Assembly: GCF_009834535.1 (NCBI RefSeq)
Contig: NC_045697.1
Coordinates: 64,420,001 to 64,484,000 of the forward strand
DNA length: 64,000 nucleotides
Direction of reading: 5' to 3'
Origin: Camelus ferus
Lineage: Eukaryota
Part shown: one piece after another, positions 14,631 through 29,045 of the stretch
Layout of the letters: every line of letters begins with the position of its first letter
Position numbering within the stretch: the first letter of the stretch is position 1
Position numbers and translations under genes: made by a program
Notes under the pieces: model-generated
The model's database searches: none
Seen by the model: the letters and a program-made list of their open reading frames with translations, nothing else
What the model was told of the DNA's origin: nothing

Positions 14631-15619
14631 CTATAACACACACATACGTGCATATACACATGCATGTGTTTAAACATACTTAAATGCCTACGATTCAAGC
14701 TTATAAATTAAATCTATACATTTATATCCTCCTTCTAAAGACACAATAAAGATGATAGTGAAAGAATATTAAAGGTATAAAACACAACAGTGAAAGATCA
14801 AAGAACGAAAGATTTCAAGTATTTTCTGGAAAGTGAGTACAGATGGAAGTGCAGCGACTAAAGAAGCAAAAGGAAGGTTTTGCAAACTGGAATGAGTATA
14901 GGGAGTTTATAATTCAATAGAGAACCTCTCTCTTAATAAGAACTCTGGAAAGATTGCAGGACAGGATAGGATGCAAGCATAAGACATAGGACTGAAATTG
15001 GGGAATTAACTGCAACAGTATTCAAGAATCTCTTGTCTACATGCTACATACCTAGACATGCAACCAATGATCACTATGAAGTGCAGAGGGAAACGTCCAG
15101 TATCTAAGCATTAATCTTGGACGAATAAACTCAAAAACATAGTTGCTTTCCAAATAAATTCAATGGATTACCTAAGGAGAAACAGAGCATTTCATGTGAA
15201 TGTGTTTCAAAGAAAAAAGCCTTCCTAATTGTGTTCTTTTGGGAAATGCCAACATAGTGGTTTGTTAATTGTTCACTTGCCCTATGAACCAATCTTTGCA
15301 GGTCAAGAAGCCTTCCATATGCGCAAGTACGTTGTAATTCTGCCCACTGATTCATTTTGAATATGAATAGAAACTATTCATCAGCAGATATTCTGATATG
15401 GTCTACGGGAGAAAAATGGTAAAAGTAAACAAATAGAAAAAAAATCTAGAGAAAACAAAATTCTAGGAACATAAGGGAGTTTAAATATCTTAAAATTACA
15501 CTCTGGACAGAGCATCAAGAAGAGAGTATATCTATAAAATAAGAACAAGCTCATATGAAAAATAAAAAAGACTTTAAGGATCTTAGGAATTCATACACGA
15601 TTTTAAATGAAATATATAT

Positions 15620-17010
15620 GCAAAACAGTGTTCAAATCAAAAGTTGTACAGCTCAATGATTTTAACAAAGTGAATGCATCCTTGTGATAAAATAAATATC
15701 AAGAGATATAATATTATTAGTAGCACAGATACTCCTGCCATCCTTACAGTCTAGCTCTCTCTTCTCAAAAAACAAAATTACTGTGCTGATTACTTCTACC
15801 GAATGTTTTTTTACATGTATTTATACAGTAAAAACTCATGATTGGCTTCTTTCGCTCAACACTTTGTGTGATTACTTCATGTTTTGTTGCTCAGTAATTG
15901 TTTCGTTCACTTTCATTGCTGAAGAGTAATCCAGTGTATGAATATACCACAATTTATTTATTCTAGTCATGTTCGACTTGTTTTCAGTTTGGGACTATTA
16001 TGAATACTGCTGCTACGGACATCATTGAACATGCCTTTCAGTTTATACATGTACACATTTCTGTTCCATTTATACCTGGGAGAACATTTGCTACTTCGAA
16101 GTATGTGCAAATGTTCAACTTTAGTAGATACTGCCAACTTGCTTTCCAAAACAATTCTAATAATTTACATTTTCACCAGCAGTTGCTTCACATCCTTGTC
16201 AACACTTGGTGTCAGTCTTTTCATTTCTGCAATCTTAATGGGTGTGTAAGTAGTATTAAACTGGGATTTTAATTTGTATCACCTTAATGGCTAATGAATT
16301 TAGCATTAGTCAATGTGTTTATTGGTCATTTCAATGGCCTCTTTTGTAAAGTATCTAGTCAAGATATTAGCCATTTTCCTTTTGAGCTCTCTCTTTTTCT
16401 TAGTGATTTGTAGTTGTTTTATCTATAAACATACATGGTATGAGTTCCTTGTCAGATATGAGTATTGCAAATATCTTGTCCCAGTGTGTGGCTTGAATTT
16501 TTACTGTTTCAGTGATGTCTTTGGAGGAACAAAATCTCTTCTTTAATGTTGATCAATTTACCAATTTTCTCCTATTTGTACTTTTTGTGTGCTCTTAGAA
16601 AATCTTTACATATCCTAGTGTCATTGAGATATTTTTGTGTTTTCTAGTAAACACATAACAATTTTATCACATTTTGATTTGCAACAAAATATCAGAGTCA
16701 AGATTTTTTTCACATGAATATTCAATATTTCCAGCAACAGTTTTTTTAATCACATTTTGAAAATTTTTTTTAATCACATTTCACATTCCAGTGCTAATAT
16801 TGTCATAAATCAAATGATCATATATTTGTGGGTTTCTTTTCAATCCCTCATTTCTGATTTATTCGTCTACTCTTGTGCTGTTATCACACAATATTCATTA
16901 CTGTAGCTTTATAATAGGGATTAATATCTGATACTATTACTATACATCAGATTTGTTCTTCAAGATTGACTTGGCTATTACGATTTTGCAATTTTAAAGC
17001 AAAATTTCCA
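15620..17010 (-). mobile_element. Old LINE-1 3' region (L1ME/L1MC-like)
   Basis: gtatgaatataccacaatttattta, ttttcagtttgggactattatgaatactgctgct, caactttagtagatactgccaa and ttcttcaagattgacttggctatt. Confidence 0.85.
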
Positions 17011-18683
17011 AAATAGCTTTTTTTTTTAATTAGTAGAAGGCTAGGAAGACAAAAGCAAGGAAATGCGTTAGAATGTAGGATTTTAAAATAAAGAGAAATA
17101 AGAAAAATAAGAGATATAGGATATTAAATAAGGTGGTACAAATTCCCAAAATAGAAGTTCCTTGAAAAAAACAGATTGAGAGAGAGAGAGAGAGAGAGGA
17201 AGAAAGAAAGATGAAGCTGGCAATCAGACAAATTTTTTTAGAATAATTAATGGCATTTTTAATGGAAGTCCTAAGGAGTCACATTTCCACTTCATACCCC
17301 ACTTCCTCTTTTAGCACTATCAATAAATGCCAGCACAATCACCTCTCAGAATTGCTTTTCTAAATACCTGAGATTGCAAACATCTTTAAAAATAAACTGG
17401 TAGGTTATTCTCCAGTAAATTAAGGCAGGAGATATAACAACATGGTATTTGATTTGAAATTGAGATATATTTTTACTTAAAGATAAGCATTTCAGGACTT
17501 TAAAAAGTCAGGGTTTTCCAGTTTTACAATATTTTAACAAATGAGATTTCATTTTATTGAAAAACAAATTGTTCTTCTAAAATACATAGATAATATAAAG
17601 AAACAAGTTGCTAAAATATACATTCAAAATGTCCAGAAAAAGAATAAACTCGATAGGTAAACACTATGCTGAAATTCAAATCACATTATTTTATGCAATT
17701 AAAACTAAATCAGCTTAACTATAGCAAACAAAAATTATTTTCTTATAATCTTAATTTTTTATGTTTTGTATATTTCTATCTTTCCCTTTATAGTTAACCT
17801 CATATGGCATGGACAATCCTTTGTTAAAATCTGTTTGAAAGTTCAAACTAATTTCCACATAGTTGTGTTAAAGAATTAATGAATCTGTGAAAATGTTCAA
17901 GATTCATTTAGGTGCTCTCAGTTGATGCCATGAGGCTTCATTTTTGAATTATGTCCTTGTCAAGGAGTCTGGACTATTTGATTCAGGGAGTGATTATAAT
18001 ATAGTTTTTCAATTAATGTGTACTAGTTTCTTGACATAACTCTAGCCAGTGCTAACACTTCAACCTCATTAAGATATAATGTTATATAAGTAACTATTGT
18101 TAGCCCTAATATTAATTCTGTCCTCAAGTAATTGGACCTAACAGCAGTGGCACAGAAAGAATTACTGATTTAATTTAGGTCATTTCTTAGTGAACGTTTT
18201 AAGCTAAGTATAACGTAAACTACCATGAACTGACCTAGGATAAGTATAAATGATATTATATTAAAATAAGAAATCATTCATTTGGAAAACAGTAATACTA
18301 TAGTTGTTTAAATGATAGTGATGATGATAAATGTGCTAGTGCACAATTACTACCACTAAACTTTATATTCAGACTGCTTTAAGTATGCAGTCTTTGAGGT
18401 TAAAACTTGGAATTCATCCTGCTTGCTCTTATCAATTAATGTAAAGACTGAAGATATTACAGAAAGTATGAAGGAAAGAAAGAAAGAAGGAAGGAAAAAG
18501 AGAGAGAAAGAGATATGCTAGCAAGCTTATCCAGATTTAAGAGATATTTATGTTTTGGATAGAATGTAACTACACTGTACATTTGACTTTGGGTAGGAGA
18601 GCAGGCAGTGTAGGGAGGTATGAATGAAAAGAGAAACCTAATATTTGCTAAGAATTCGTTGTGTGTTAATCATTACACCAAAT

Positions 18684-18684
18684 T

Positions 18685-18719
<35 letters not shown>

Positions 18720-18739
18720 ACATATATGTATATATATAA
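18684..18739. repeat. Compound (TA)n(TG)n microsatellite
   Basis: Directly visible, lying within a MIR. Confidence 0.95.
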
Positions 18740-18900
18740 CTTATCTCACTTAAAGATCATTAAAATTCTGAAAGGCAGACATTTATGATAGTTAGAAAAA
18801 CTGAAACCCAAAGAATTAAGTAACTTGCCCAAGGTCACACAGACAATAATTGGGCTGTAATGTGTATATGTTGTTTTTGCCAGTCCTGAATTTTCCTGTT
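18740..18900. mobile_element. MIR SINE fragment
   Basis: gaaaaactgaaacccaaagaattaagtaacttgcccaaggtcacacag is the MIR core. Confidence 0.85.
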
Positions 18901-21900
18901 TTCTTTTGATAACTTTAAACCAATTTTCTTCTGGAGACTGACTACCCAGGTTCAATTCACTGGATCTGTGGGTTTTAGACAGCATTGACTCCCACCATTG
19001 TCAGTTTTGAGAGTGGATATTTCAAATACGCTTGGCCAAACATAACATTTCAATCTTCAGGCCAAAGCTTTTAGTTTAAACATGAGCTCATGACCTAAGC
19101 CCAAAAAATTAGTCTAACTTTTATCTGAGCTACTAAAAAATATGTCCTTTCTAATCCTGATGAACTCAAAAATAAACCAAAAGCTGTTAGTTATTGTCTA
19201 ACAAAAATAGAGAGAACTGAGCCCAAGGGATGAAAATTAAGTTATTATAGGAAGAGAACCAATATTTAATTATAGCATTCGAACTCTTAGATTGAGCAGT
19301 AGGTAGTCTGACCACTAATAAATATCCCCTCCTTTTTTTTTTTTTTTTTTTTTTTTTTGTATTTTTACTTGAGTCTGTTCGGGGTGGACTTTCTATAAAT
19401 GACAACCAAAAAAGTTCTCATTAGTTGAGAGACCAAGTTAGAATTCAAACACAATTTTTTGTACTATCTCCCTGTATACTTGCTACAATTGTGCATGATA
19501 AGTAGCTTTCATGCAGACTAAATAAATTTAATTATTGTAAATTGAATTAAAAGCAGGTAAACATTTCCAGTAATAATGTCAAAATGTTTTCATTCAGTAA
19601 ATATTATAGACGAAGGTCAGGAGACTTTTCACAGTAAATATAAATCACAATTCACGTTTTATGCCACTTAAAAGGACATAAAATTAAAAACGATTGAATG
19701 AATAATATGAGTAGATCCAAGATAATATGAAATATATGATATGCTAAAGATTAACCTTAGTTTCTAAGGGAAAAATGAAAAACAAATATAATAATCAAAA
19801 TTTTGCTAACTGGGGTTTTTGGGGGTTTTTTTGTTTTGTTTTGTTTTTGCTAATTGTTTTTTTTAACTACCTGAAATAATCTTTTGGAATTAAATGAAGT
19901 CTCCTTGTTTTATTGCAGTTATTACTAAGTAAAGGTTAATGAGACTAAATATTATGTTAATTGAATAGTACTGCATTTCAATCAATGAGAAAACACTTAT
20001 TAAATATAATATTCATTCTAATTGTTATATATAAGGTTTGAAAATGCTGGCCTTAGTATGTGTAAATCTGGCTGAACATACAAAATGAATTTGCATGATT
20101 TAACAGATAACACTTCAGGGTAATCTGTAATACATGGTCATGCATGTGGATTCACCTTATTCATTAGACATCCTGCACAACCGTATAGACAGCTTGGTAA
20201 CATATGCATATACAAGTGCTAGATTGCACAATAATCTACTAATTCAGCAGCTTAAAATATTTTTTGGTGTCATGCTTCCCCTGGTATGAGGTTTCACCCA
20301 ACTTTCAAGAAAAAGTACTCACTCTGCTTACTAGCATCATCTCTTGAAAGCGGTCTAGACCATTTTGCCAGAGGAACAGAAATTAAACCCAGCAATAGAG
20401 CAAACAACTGACCCTCAAATCAAAAAGTGATGTAACAAGGATTTCTCTGTCCCAGGCATGGTCATATCAAAAGATATAGGGCAGGGGGGGTGCCATAGAC
20501 CAGAGATGTTTGCAATAGGAAATCTGTTGAGTCTGAGCTGTCTGGAACTCGGGGCTGACAGCTGAAGAAAGAGAAGCAATCCAAGTCAATTCATGGATGT
20601 ACAAGTGTCACCGTTTTGAAGAAACTCAAGAGATCTACAGAATGATACCAAATGGGATAAATCACCTCTTGATAAGGACATGTAGGTGGTTCACTGCCCA
20701 AGAACAACTAAGCAGCATGGACTTCACCTTTCATACAGAAGAAGCCAAACTGTGGAGTCTTCCCTAGGTTCATGGATAAGTGTTGGAGGTCTCCAGTCCT
20801 TATGAAATTATATGCCAAAAATTACATATGTGTGTTCATTTTCCTGGGCCAAAATCAAATTCTTAAAAGGGTCTATGTTCATCAACAAGTTTAAAAATCA
20901 TTAAATCAAAACCTAGTTCCAAACTCAAATTGCTAATGAAGGGAGAGCTGCTGGTGACTTGAGTAGCTGACATTTGCCTAGTTCCAGAGAAAGAATGGAC
21001 TAGCCTTTGTACCTATTGCTGTTTACTGAGTTATTACTGAGATACTCCCTAGCAAGAATTCAAAACAAAACAAAAATTTATAGAAGTATTTTAACAGATA
21101 GCAATAATTTAAAATATCACACCTAGAAAATGAAAATTTTTACTTTTTAAAAATGTTACATAATTTGTGCTACTCGTGAGGTTGGTATAGATACCTTTCT
21201 CTGTCAAAGTGCCAAAGCCTCAGTCACGTGCATTTACATGGAGCCAGTATAGACTCCTCCCTTTGCCAGGTCCTCAGTCTTGTGCTTTGTTCTCAGACCA
21301 TCCCAAGGCCCTTTATTGTAATTTCTACAGCTTGCCAATAGCATAACCTTTATCTCAAAAGGAGAATGGAGAAACTGTTTTAATTTTCGTTCCCGGGTCT
21401 TCACCATTTAATCCATCATCTCTTAACACATCTTTTACAGAAAACAAAATACTTGCTACTTCTGTTCCAACTCCTTTACTCCCAGTGGGTAACCTCTCTT
21501 TCTTGTACCTCCATTACTACTGCTACTGAAAGATGTACTGACATCCTTTTCCTGGAGAAATTGGGCATGATATTTGGTATTTTTCACTGGTTCTATTTGG
21601 CATCATTGACTGGTATAATTTCACAATTCCATTAATTAAAGACCACATAGGCATACTGAAACCCTAGCAATGAGAGGTCGATCACTGGGAAAGAATTAGT
21701 GAGCACTTAATATAAACTTATTGAGTGAATGAATATTTGTGAAAACTAAGTGAAATAATACATGAGACTGAACAAGAAACACTTTCATCATATTCTTATA
21801 ATCCTTCCATCTGTGTTATTCTTCACTTGTAATAAAAGGATTATAACAATATAATATATATAACATAATATAATTTTCAATCTCCTATATATTACTTCAT

Positions 21901-21919
21901 TTAGCTTTCACAAAGATTT

Positions 21920-22310
21920 TCTTACTCATTCACTCCTTCATTCAACAAATTTATGCTGAGTGCTTACCACATGCCAAACATTGGTATGAGAAACAAAACA
22001 GTCAAGTTAGGCAAAGTTCTAGACCCCATGCTGCTTATTCCAGGAAACATAAAAAGAAAATTGACCTGTAAAGTATATACAATGCAGTTTCTAGTAATAA
22101 ACAGAGTAAAGGGATTTAGAATGATAAGGTGTATCAGGAGAAGCTATTTTTAATGGCATGATCAAGGAATACTGAATCAACAAGGACATGTTGAGGTAAG
22201 ATGTGAAAGAAGTGAAGGAGTGGGTCTTGTGAGGATCTGAAAGTAAAGAATGCCAACTAACAAGAAAGGTTAAAGCCAAGGCCCTGAGGCAGAAACATCT
22301 CTGCCTATTC
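21920..22310 (-). mobile_element. L2 LINE 3' remnant
   Basis: ctcattcactccttcattcaacaaatttatgctgagtgcttaccacatgcca (L2 tail), followed by aaggccctgaggcagaa. Confidence 0.8.
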
Positions 22311-22339
22311 AGGGATCATCTACTATGCTAGTAGTTATT

Positions 22340-22910
22340 CATAGTTCTTCACCAAGAATAAAAGTGAGACTCAGAAATTTTATGAGCTTGCTCAAGGCCA
22401 CATACTCTGTGGATGAGATGTGTAGAGCCAGAGCAAAGATTGGTGACTGGTCACCCACAGCTCACGAAATACATACCACTCACCCAGAATCATCCCTAAA
22501 AGCTGCACAATTCAGAGAAGGCAACAGAGATGGTTCTTCCTAATAAAAAGGCTGCCTACTAGGGATTTATGAAGGAAAGTCTGTCACTGACACAAATGGA
22601 TATATGTAGACTAGGGACACACTTTCTCAGCAATATCTCCTTAAGACAAAGGGGTTAGTTTTACTCATTTTTGTATCCTCAGACATTAGGATAATGCCTA
22701 GTACAAAGTAGTTAAAGTCATGACTACATTTAACTCTGAGATTTGGAGTCTGGGGTCCTGAGTTCAAGGCTGTTATCACTTAATAACTATATACCTTTGG
22801 CAAATTACATAGTTATTCTATGCCTTTATTGCCCTCATTATTATAAAAGGGAGTATAAAAACTTGTACTGGTGGTGTCTTAATTAAATGGTAAAATATAT
22901 GTGAAAAGTC
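22340..22910. mobile_element. Cluster of MIR, L2 and MIR fragments
   Basis: gactcagaaatt...cttgctcaaggccaca; ctccttaagacaaagggg...tttgtatcctc; ggagtctggggtcctgagttcaag...acctttggcaaattac. Confidence 0.6.
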
Positions 22911-23374
22911 TTCTCTCAATATTATATTAAGGATTTTATATAAATATATATATAACTATATGTATAAACTATTTTCACAGATGGCAGTGCCTAAGAGCAT
23001 AGGACACACCTATATGGTCAATACCAAAATGTAGTCTCAGGATATGAGCAAGATGATACTGAGGTATATCCTCTAAAACCATGATTTTAAAGCACTTGAG
23101 GATAAACACAAGCTATCTTTGGGAATATTAAGGAATATATAAAGTAACATCGGGGTAAAGAATAACAGAGCAGAAAAATAAAAACCAAAAGGATCAGAAG
23201 GTTGATAATGCTGAAATAAGCAATGAATATCTCAGGCCAGATAGACCCATGACAATTATCTTTAAAATCAGTCTTTTTAATAGACCTCCTTGGGTTATCC
23301 TAGATTAAAATGGTGGTTGGCACTTCGAGAAGGTAGTATGAGTCTATTCATCACTCTTTATACACTTTAAGGTT

Positions 23375-23555
23375 TCTAAGAGACTAGATCTTAAATGTTC
23401 TCACCACACACACACAGAAGAAATAATGATTAGGTACATGATAGAGGTGTTAACTAAAGCTCAGTGGTAAACCTATTGCAATATATCAAATCAACATGTT
23501 GTACATCTTAAATTTATACAATGTTATGTCAATTATATCTCAATTTAAAAAAAAT
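23375..23555 (+). mobile_element. LINE-1 3' terminal fragment (L1MA9/L1MB-like) with A-tail
   Basis: agagactagatcttaaatgttctcaccac...gttgtacatcttaaatttatacaatgttatgtcaattatatctcaat followed by A-run. Confidence 0.85.
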
Positions 23556-25039
23556 GACTTTTAAAATGGTTGCAGTGTCGCGTAGCCATGAAAACGTATG
23601 ACTTGTAATGTACTGTAGAAGGCCTATAGAAAACTATGAAACAAATTCCACAGATAAGAGCAGCCTTACTTGGGTGGAATCACCTAAGGAAACCAGCCTA
23701 GCTACAGCACCACAGTAAGAATTAATATAGCCTGGAATTACACTCTACTTCCAAGCGAACAAGTTAGCCTGCTACAGCTTTATGGCTGCCGAGTCAGAGA
23801 CAAAGGACATTTTCACTCATGACATAGCAGCCATTTTAAATTAAATCTTTGCTTTGGCTCTGCTTGTCCCCAGATCCCAATAATATGATGTGGAACTGCC
23901 TAGGTGGATACAGGTAGTTTATGTCACAGCTGAGGAACCATGAATCTAGGAAACCCTAATCTTTTAATGAGGGCTGCTAGACAACCTGCCCAAACTTTGC
24001 CTCAGAGAGAGACATTATCTTTATTATCCTGGAAAACAAACAAATCTACCTCTGCCCTAGAAGGAGATATAATCTCATCCTTCAAGGTTGCTTTCTATAT
24101 AAATATTCTTGAAAAGATAGTTTGGAAAAAAACTTGTCAATACCTCTGTTCAGGAGACATATAGAAATGTGATAGACCCATGAAGAATTGTCTCCAACAG
24201 ATAAGCTATGAAAAAAAATTTAAGCAAGCACTTCAAGAGTTTTTGAAGGGTAGGCCTAATTAATGATCTAGGATGAAGTTTTCAAGCCAAGAGTCAGTAT
24301 AAAAAGGGGAAAATACTTCATTTTATTATTATGTTAGTAGGAAAATCAGTTAGAAAATATAAAATATGAAATGTTGAGGGGCTACACCTAAATGACGTAA
24401 GTGAGAATTAAAGTTCATTGGAAAAGTCAATAGAAATTGTGCAGTATTACTAATAGGACACAATGACTTGTTGTAGGAAATAAAAGGAATATTTTTAAAT
24501 GACATTCTTCCTACATGTAAAATCTAATATATGAAAAATAGGTGCATTTAAAAAGGATATTTTGAAAGATATTAAGGCAATTAGTTAGTTTTTTGAAAAA
24601 AAAACATAGATTTTTACTTTATATTGTTTCCTGAAATAAGTTGTATGTGACTGAAAAAATGTTGAATTTTTAAATGAAAAAACAAATACATAAAATAGAT
24701 GTATTAAAAAATATGTTTTTTCTCTGCAATTACATAAAAAATAGCAAAGTAAGAAAACAAATATTTACGTTATTATGGGGGAAATCTTCCTAAAAACACA
24801 AATATGCAGACTTCACAAAGCAAGCACATTATAACACTTTACCTTTATTTATCATCATGTCACTTTGGGCTAAGTTTGCATTTTACTCTATTCAACATAT
24901 ACTTTAAATCACACAAAAAATTATTAGTTTTGTTTCAGAGAGTCAAAAGTAAGTTGTATTTACTCATGTATTTAGGTTTTCCAAGGCTCTCTTTCCTTCC
25001 CTGGATCATCTTAATTCTATGCCCCTCTTAGATTCTGGT

Positions 25040-25971
25040 GTAAAACAGACAACCTCAAATTTTAGTGGTTGGCTTAAAAGAATTGTTTTATTGGGCTCAA
25101 GTTTCTGTGTATCACCGATTGTGGCCTGGTTCTACTGACAGCGAGGTTCTCTCATGCTTCTGTGGTCAGTTATAGGTCAACTGCCTGCAGGATGATCTCG
25201 AATGGCCTGCCTCATAGGTCAGATGGCTGGTGGGCTCACTGGGCTAGGATTTATCTCTGTTGGGACCTCACCCCACGTGGTATTTCATTCTCCACTAGGC
25301 TGGCCCGTCATTTTTCACATGATGGTTTCAGAGTTCCAAAGAGTGGCAAGAGAGCAATTTATAGCCTTTTTCAAGCCTCTGTGTCATGTTTGCCAATTTC
25401 TATTGGCCAAAGCAGTATATCTGTGTTTTAGTTTGCTAGGGTTGCTATAGCAAAGAACCACAGACTGACTGGCTTAAACAACAGAAATTTATTTCCTCAC
25501 AGTTCTAGAGGCTAGAAGTACAAAATCAAGATGTTGACAGGGTTTGCTCTCTCTCTGGGATTGAGTGAAGAATCTGTTTTAGGCCTATCTCCTTGGCTTA
25601 TAAATGGCTATCTTCTCCCTCTGTCTCTTACATTGTCTTCCATCTATACATGTCTCTGTGTCCAAATTTCCCCTTTTTTTAAGGAAACCAGTTATATTGG
25701 ATTGGGGCCCAACCTAATGACCTCACGTTAACTTTACTACCTATATAAAAACTCTGTCTCAAAATAAGGTCACATTGTAAGATACTGGAGGTTTAGACTT
25801 CAATATATGAATTTAGCAGGGTTACTTAATTCAATCCATAACAATCTGGCAAACAGATTCAATTGGTGGTACAACTGAGTCCAATCTAGATGGGAGGATC
25901 TGCAATGACAACTTACAAGGAGATGGATACAGGAAGGGGTACACGTTTGGCCACTTTTACAATCTACTACA
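25040..25971 (-). mobile_element. Older MaLR (MLT1-type) solo LTR interrupted by a younger MLT1 LTR
   Basis: caacctcaaattttagtgg...ctattggccaaagcag, then the insertion, then gatggatacaggaagggg...caatctactaca. Confidence 0.65.
25424..25843 (-). mobile_element. MaLR solo LTR (MLT1A/B/C-like) with perfect 5-bp TSD
   Basis: TG...CA ends (tgttttagtttgctagggttgc...tcaatccataaca). TSD ATCTG at 25419-25423 and 25844-25848. Confidence 0.9.
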
Positions 25972-25999
25972 ATCCAAAATCATCTTATTTTCTTTTTCC

Positions 26000-27020
26000 T
26001 GAAAAAAAACTGTTCAGTATTTCTTTTAGCAAGAGACTATTACCATAAGTTCCCTCTTTTTTTGTTTTTCTGAAAATATCTTTATTTCACTTCATCTATG
26101 AAGTTCATTTTCAGTGAGTGTAGAATTCCAATTTGCCAGTTCTTTTCACACCTTAGATGACATTGTGCTGTCTGGCTTCCATGAGTTTTGATGAAAATTT
26201 GGCCATTATTTTATTATTTGTTCCTTGAATGTAATGTGTTTTTTATCTATGATTTATTTTATAATTTGTGCTTTTGCTTTGGTTTTTGATCAGTTTACTT
26301 CTGGATAATGCATAGGATATGGACAGATCACTATGATTTACATGTAGCTAGATCTCTTGTTCTGTAGGTACTGGCATATTTCTAGATTTCTCTTATTTTA
26401 GGGAAATAACAAAAGAAAGAATCTCAACTGAAAGTCTGAGTTGTTTACCAGGACTCCTACTACTTGGTGAGTCCTGAGATCCAATTTTTTTGTCTCTTCA
26501 GCTAAATTAATCTCTTGTACTCTTTGCTTAACTTTTTATCCTTTAATTAACTATATTCTGCTTGGATTCTCAATAACTTGTCCTGGGAATATTCAGTTAA
26601 GAATCAGCAAATGCCTTAAAGGAAAACTGCAGGAAAAATAGCATGTTGACTTTTCTATAGTTTTCTTTTACCCAAGATTTTGACTCTTCAAGTCATGGTT
26701 GTTTGGGCAGCCTTGAGCTCTCATTTTTCCCTACAAAGCCCTCAGAGACTGCTGCAGGTTCTAGGATGCTGTTTTCTGTTTGGCATTTATGTTTATTGTA
26801 GAGAATAAGCAAAATGCTTCAAAAGGAAAGGTCGATCTCACCTCAATATGTTTCCTTCTCTGCAGAAATTGTGCCCATTAGGATCCAGCTGCCTTGATTG
26901 CGCTCTGATTTCTGTAAGCAAAAATTTTAAACATTATTTTAATCTAGTTTTTACAGTTGCTGTCCTTAGGACAGTGATTCTGATAGACTCTTATTTTGTC
27001 ATAGTCAGAAGCAGAAGTTC
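26000..27020 (-). mobile_element. Decayed LINE-1 5'/ORF1 region
   Basis: ctgaaaatatctttatttcacttc...agtgtagaattcca...tctggcttccat is antisense L1M. The distal part is less certain. Confidence 0.55.
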
Positions 27021-27314
27021 GCATCATGACATATACAGGCAAACCAACACTTAAGTGTGCATGCACATACACACACACACTCTCTCTGCATAACCATATG
27101 TTATTAGGAATAGACTTCTAGGCAAATTAGCTCAAGTTTAAATGGATACTTGGGACTCTTACGGAACCTAATTGCTAAACGTGCAATGCAAAGCTGAGAA
27201 TATCCTATCAAAGTCAACTATTTCTGAGGTTAAATGGTCTACTTTTTGAATATTTTTTGCACCTTCTGTGAATTTGCCTCATTCTTCCACTTTTTTATGC
27301 AAGTCATCTAATAT

Positions 27315-27541
27315 ACTTGGCCTGTAGACAGCTGCCTGCTTCTCACTGTGCAGTCCATGAACTTTGCTTAGTGTGTGCAGGTGAAGAGAAAGAGAGGCCA
27401 CCAATCCTATCAGATTATATTCTTATCCTTATAATTTCATTTAATCTTAATTACCCCCTAAAAAATGCCCTTTCTCGAAATACAGTCACATTGGTGGTTA
27501 GAGCCTAGAATTTAGTGGTGGACATAATTCAATCTATAGTG
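27315..27541 (-). mobile_element. MLT1A-like LTR fragment
   Basis: ttggcctgtagacagctgcc...ttctcactgtg...tcatttaatcttaattacc...acagtcacattgg...gacataattcaatctata. Confidence 0.75.
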
Positions 27542-29045
27542 ATTATATAATGTATGTATAAATAAATCTTATTTATCTTGATTATTTTGTCTTCTCCTTC
27601 CTAGAATGTAAGCTCCATGATGTCCTAGATATTTGTCTGTGTCATTCGTTGTTTTCCCATTGGTAAAAAAATTCCCATTAAGTGTGAAATTTAATGAGAG
27701 TTCAAACATATATGTAAATGTAAACTGATATCAAATTCCCAGAGGACAGTTTGGAAACATACATCCAAAGCACAAAATATTCTCTTTTTGGTAATTTCAG
27801 GGTTGGGAATTGATACAAAGGAAAGAAGCATCTGCTTGTTTATATTCAGCATTTTTTATAAGAACAGAGATTGAAAATAACCTCATAGCCACAACTAGTG
27901 GACTAGTTCAATAAATTATAACAATATATTGTAAAACATTATACATAAATTAAGAAGATCATGCTGAAGAATAATGTCATGAAAAATGTTTGAGATATAC
28001 TTTTAGGTAAAAAAAATTATTAAAAGCATAAAATGCCTACTCCTTAATATGCATGTAAGTGATAGAGAAGTTCTCAAATCTGTAAAGAGTGGTTTCTCAG
28101 GTTTGCTAAATAAATTTTAGCAAAATTTATTTTGGAGCAAGGGCTTTTTATATTTTCCAAAATTTTTACAAAAACATGTTGACTGCATAATCATAAAACA
28201 TATTAAGTAATCTGATATAAGAATCAAAATATAAAACATTAGAAGGAAATGGAAATCATCATTAAACTTTACATTGGAAAAGATATCTACACTAAAATTA
28301 GAAAGCAAAAGGTTTTGGGGGTAAATTTTTTTAAAAATTACTTTTATAAATAAGAAAAATCTAAGAACAATGTCATAGAAAACAAACCTTGGACTCAGAT
28401 AAACAATTATCATGTTCTGAGTTTATTTAAAAGTTAATGAATGCTCTCTATTTGAGAAAAGTTTCCAAAATATTGCTGCATACAAAAACTATTATACAAA
28501 ATATGAACAAAAACAAAAAAGCAACTAAAGAAGGATTATACTTTGGAGGTGACAAAAGTTTATACAAACATTAAAAGGTACAGATGTTACAGTTTGGACA
28601 GTTAGAAACAGACTGCCAACATTGTAGGTCATCAGGACACAAACTCTTCCTAGAATCAGTTTATACAGATATTCCATTCCATTTCTCATTTTGCGTGAGA
28701 TGAATACCAAATCATGGAAAAATTCCATGACGACGTAGAAGACCTGACTAAATGAAATGGATGTCATGCCTTTGGAGGAAAAGACTCAATACCATAAAGA
28801 TGCCAATTCTTTCCAAATTAATACATAAATTCACTGAAAATCCACCCAGAATCTCTTTTTGATTTGTTTGCTTTTTTGTGGTTGTGGTTGTTTTATAATT
28901 TGGCATACTGATTCTAGATCTCATCTGAGAGATTACATGTGTGAAAGAGTCAAGAAAATAATGAGAAAAAAAGAAGAATGGAGAGAGCCTTGTACCATAT
29001 TTCTTTATTAATGAAAATAATATGTGTATATAAGAATTTGCTGTG

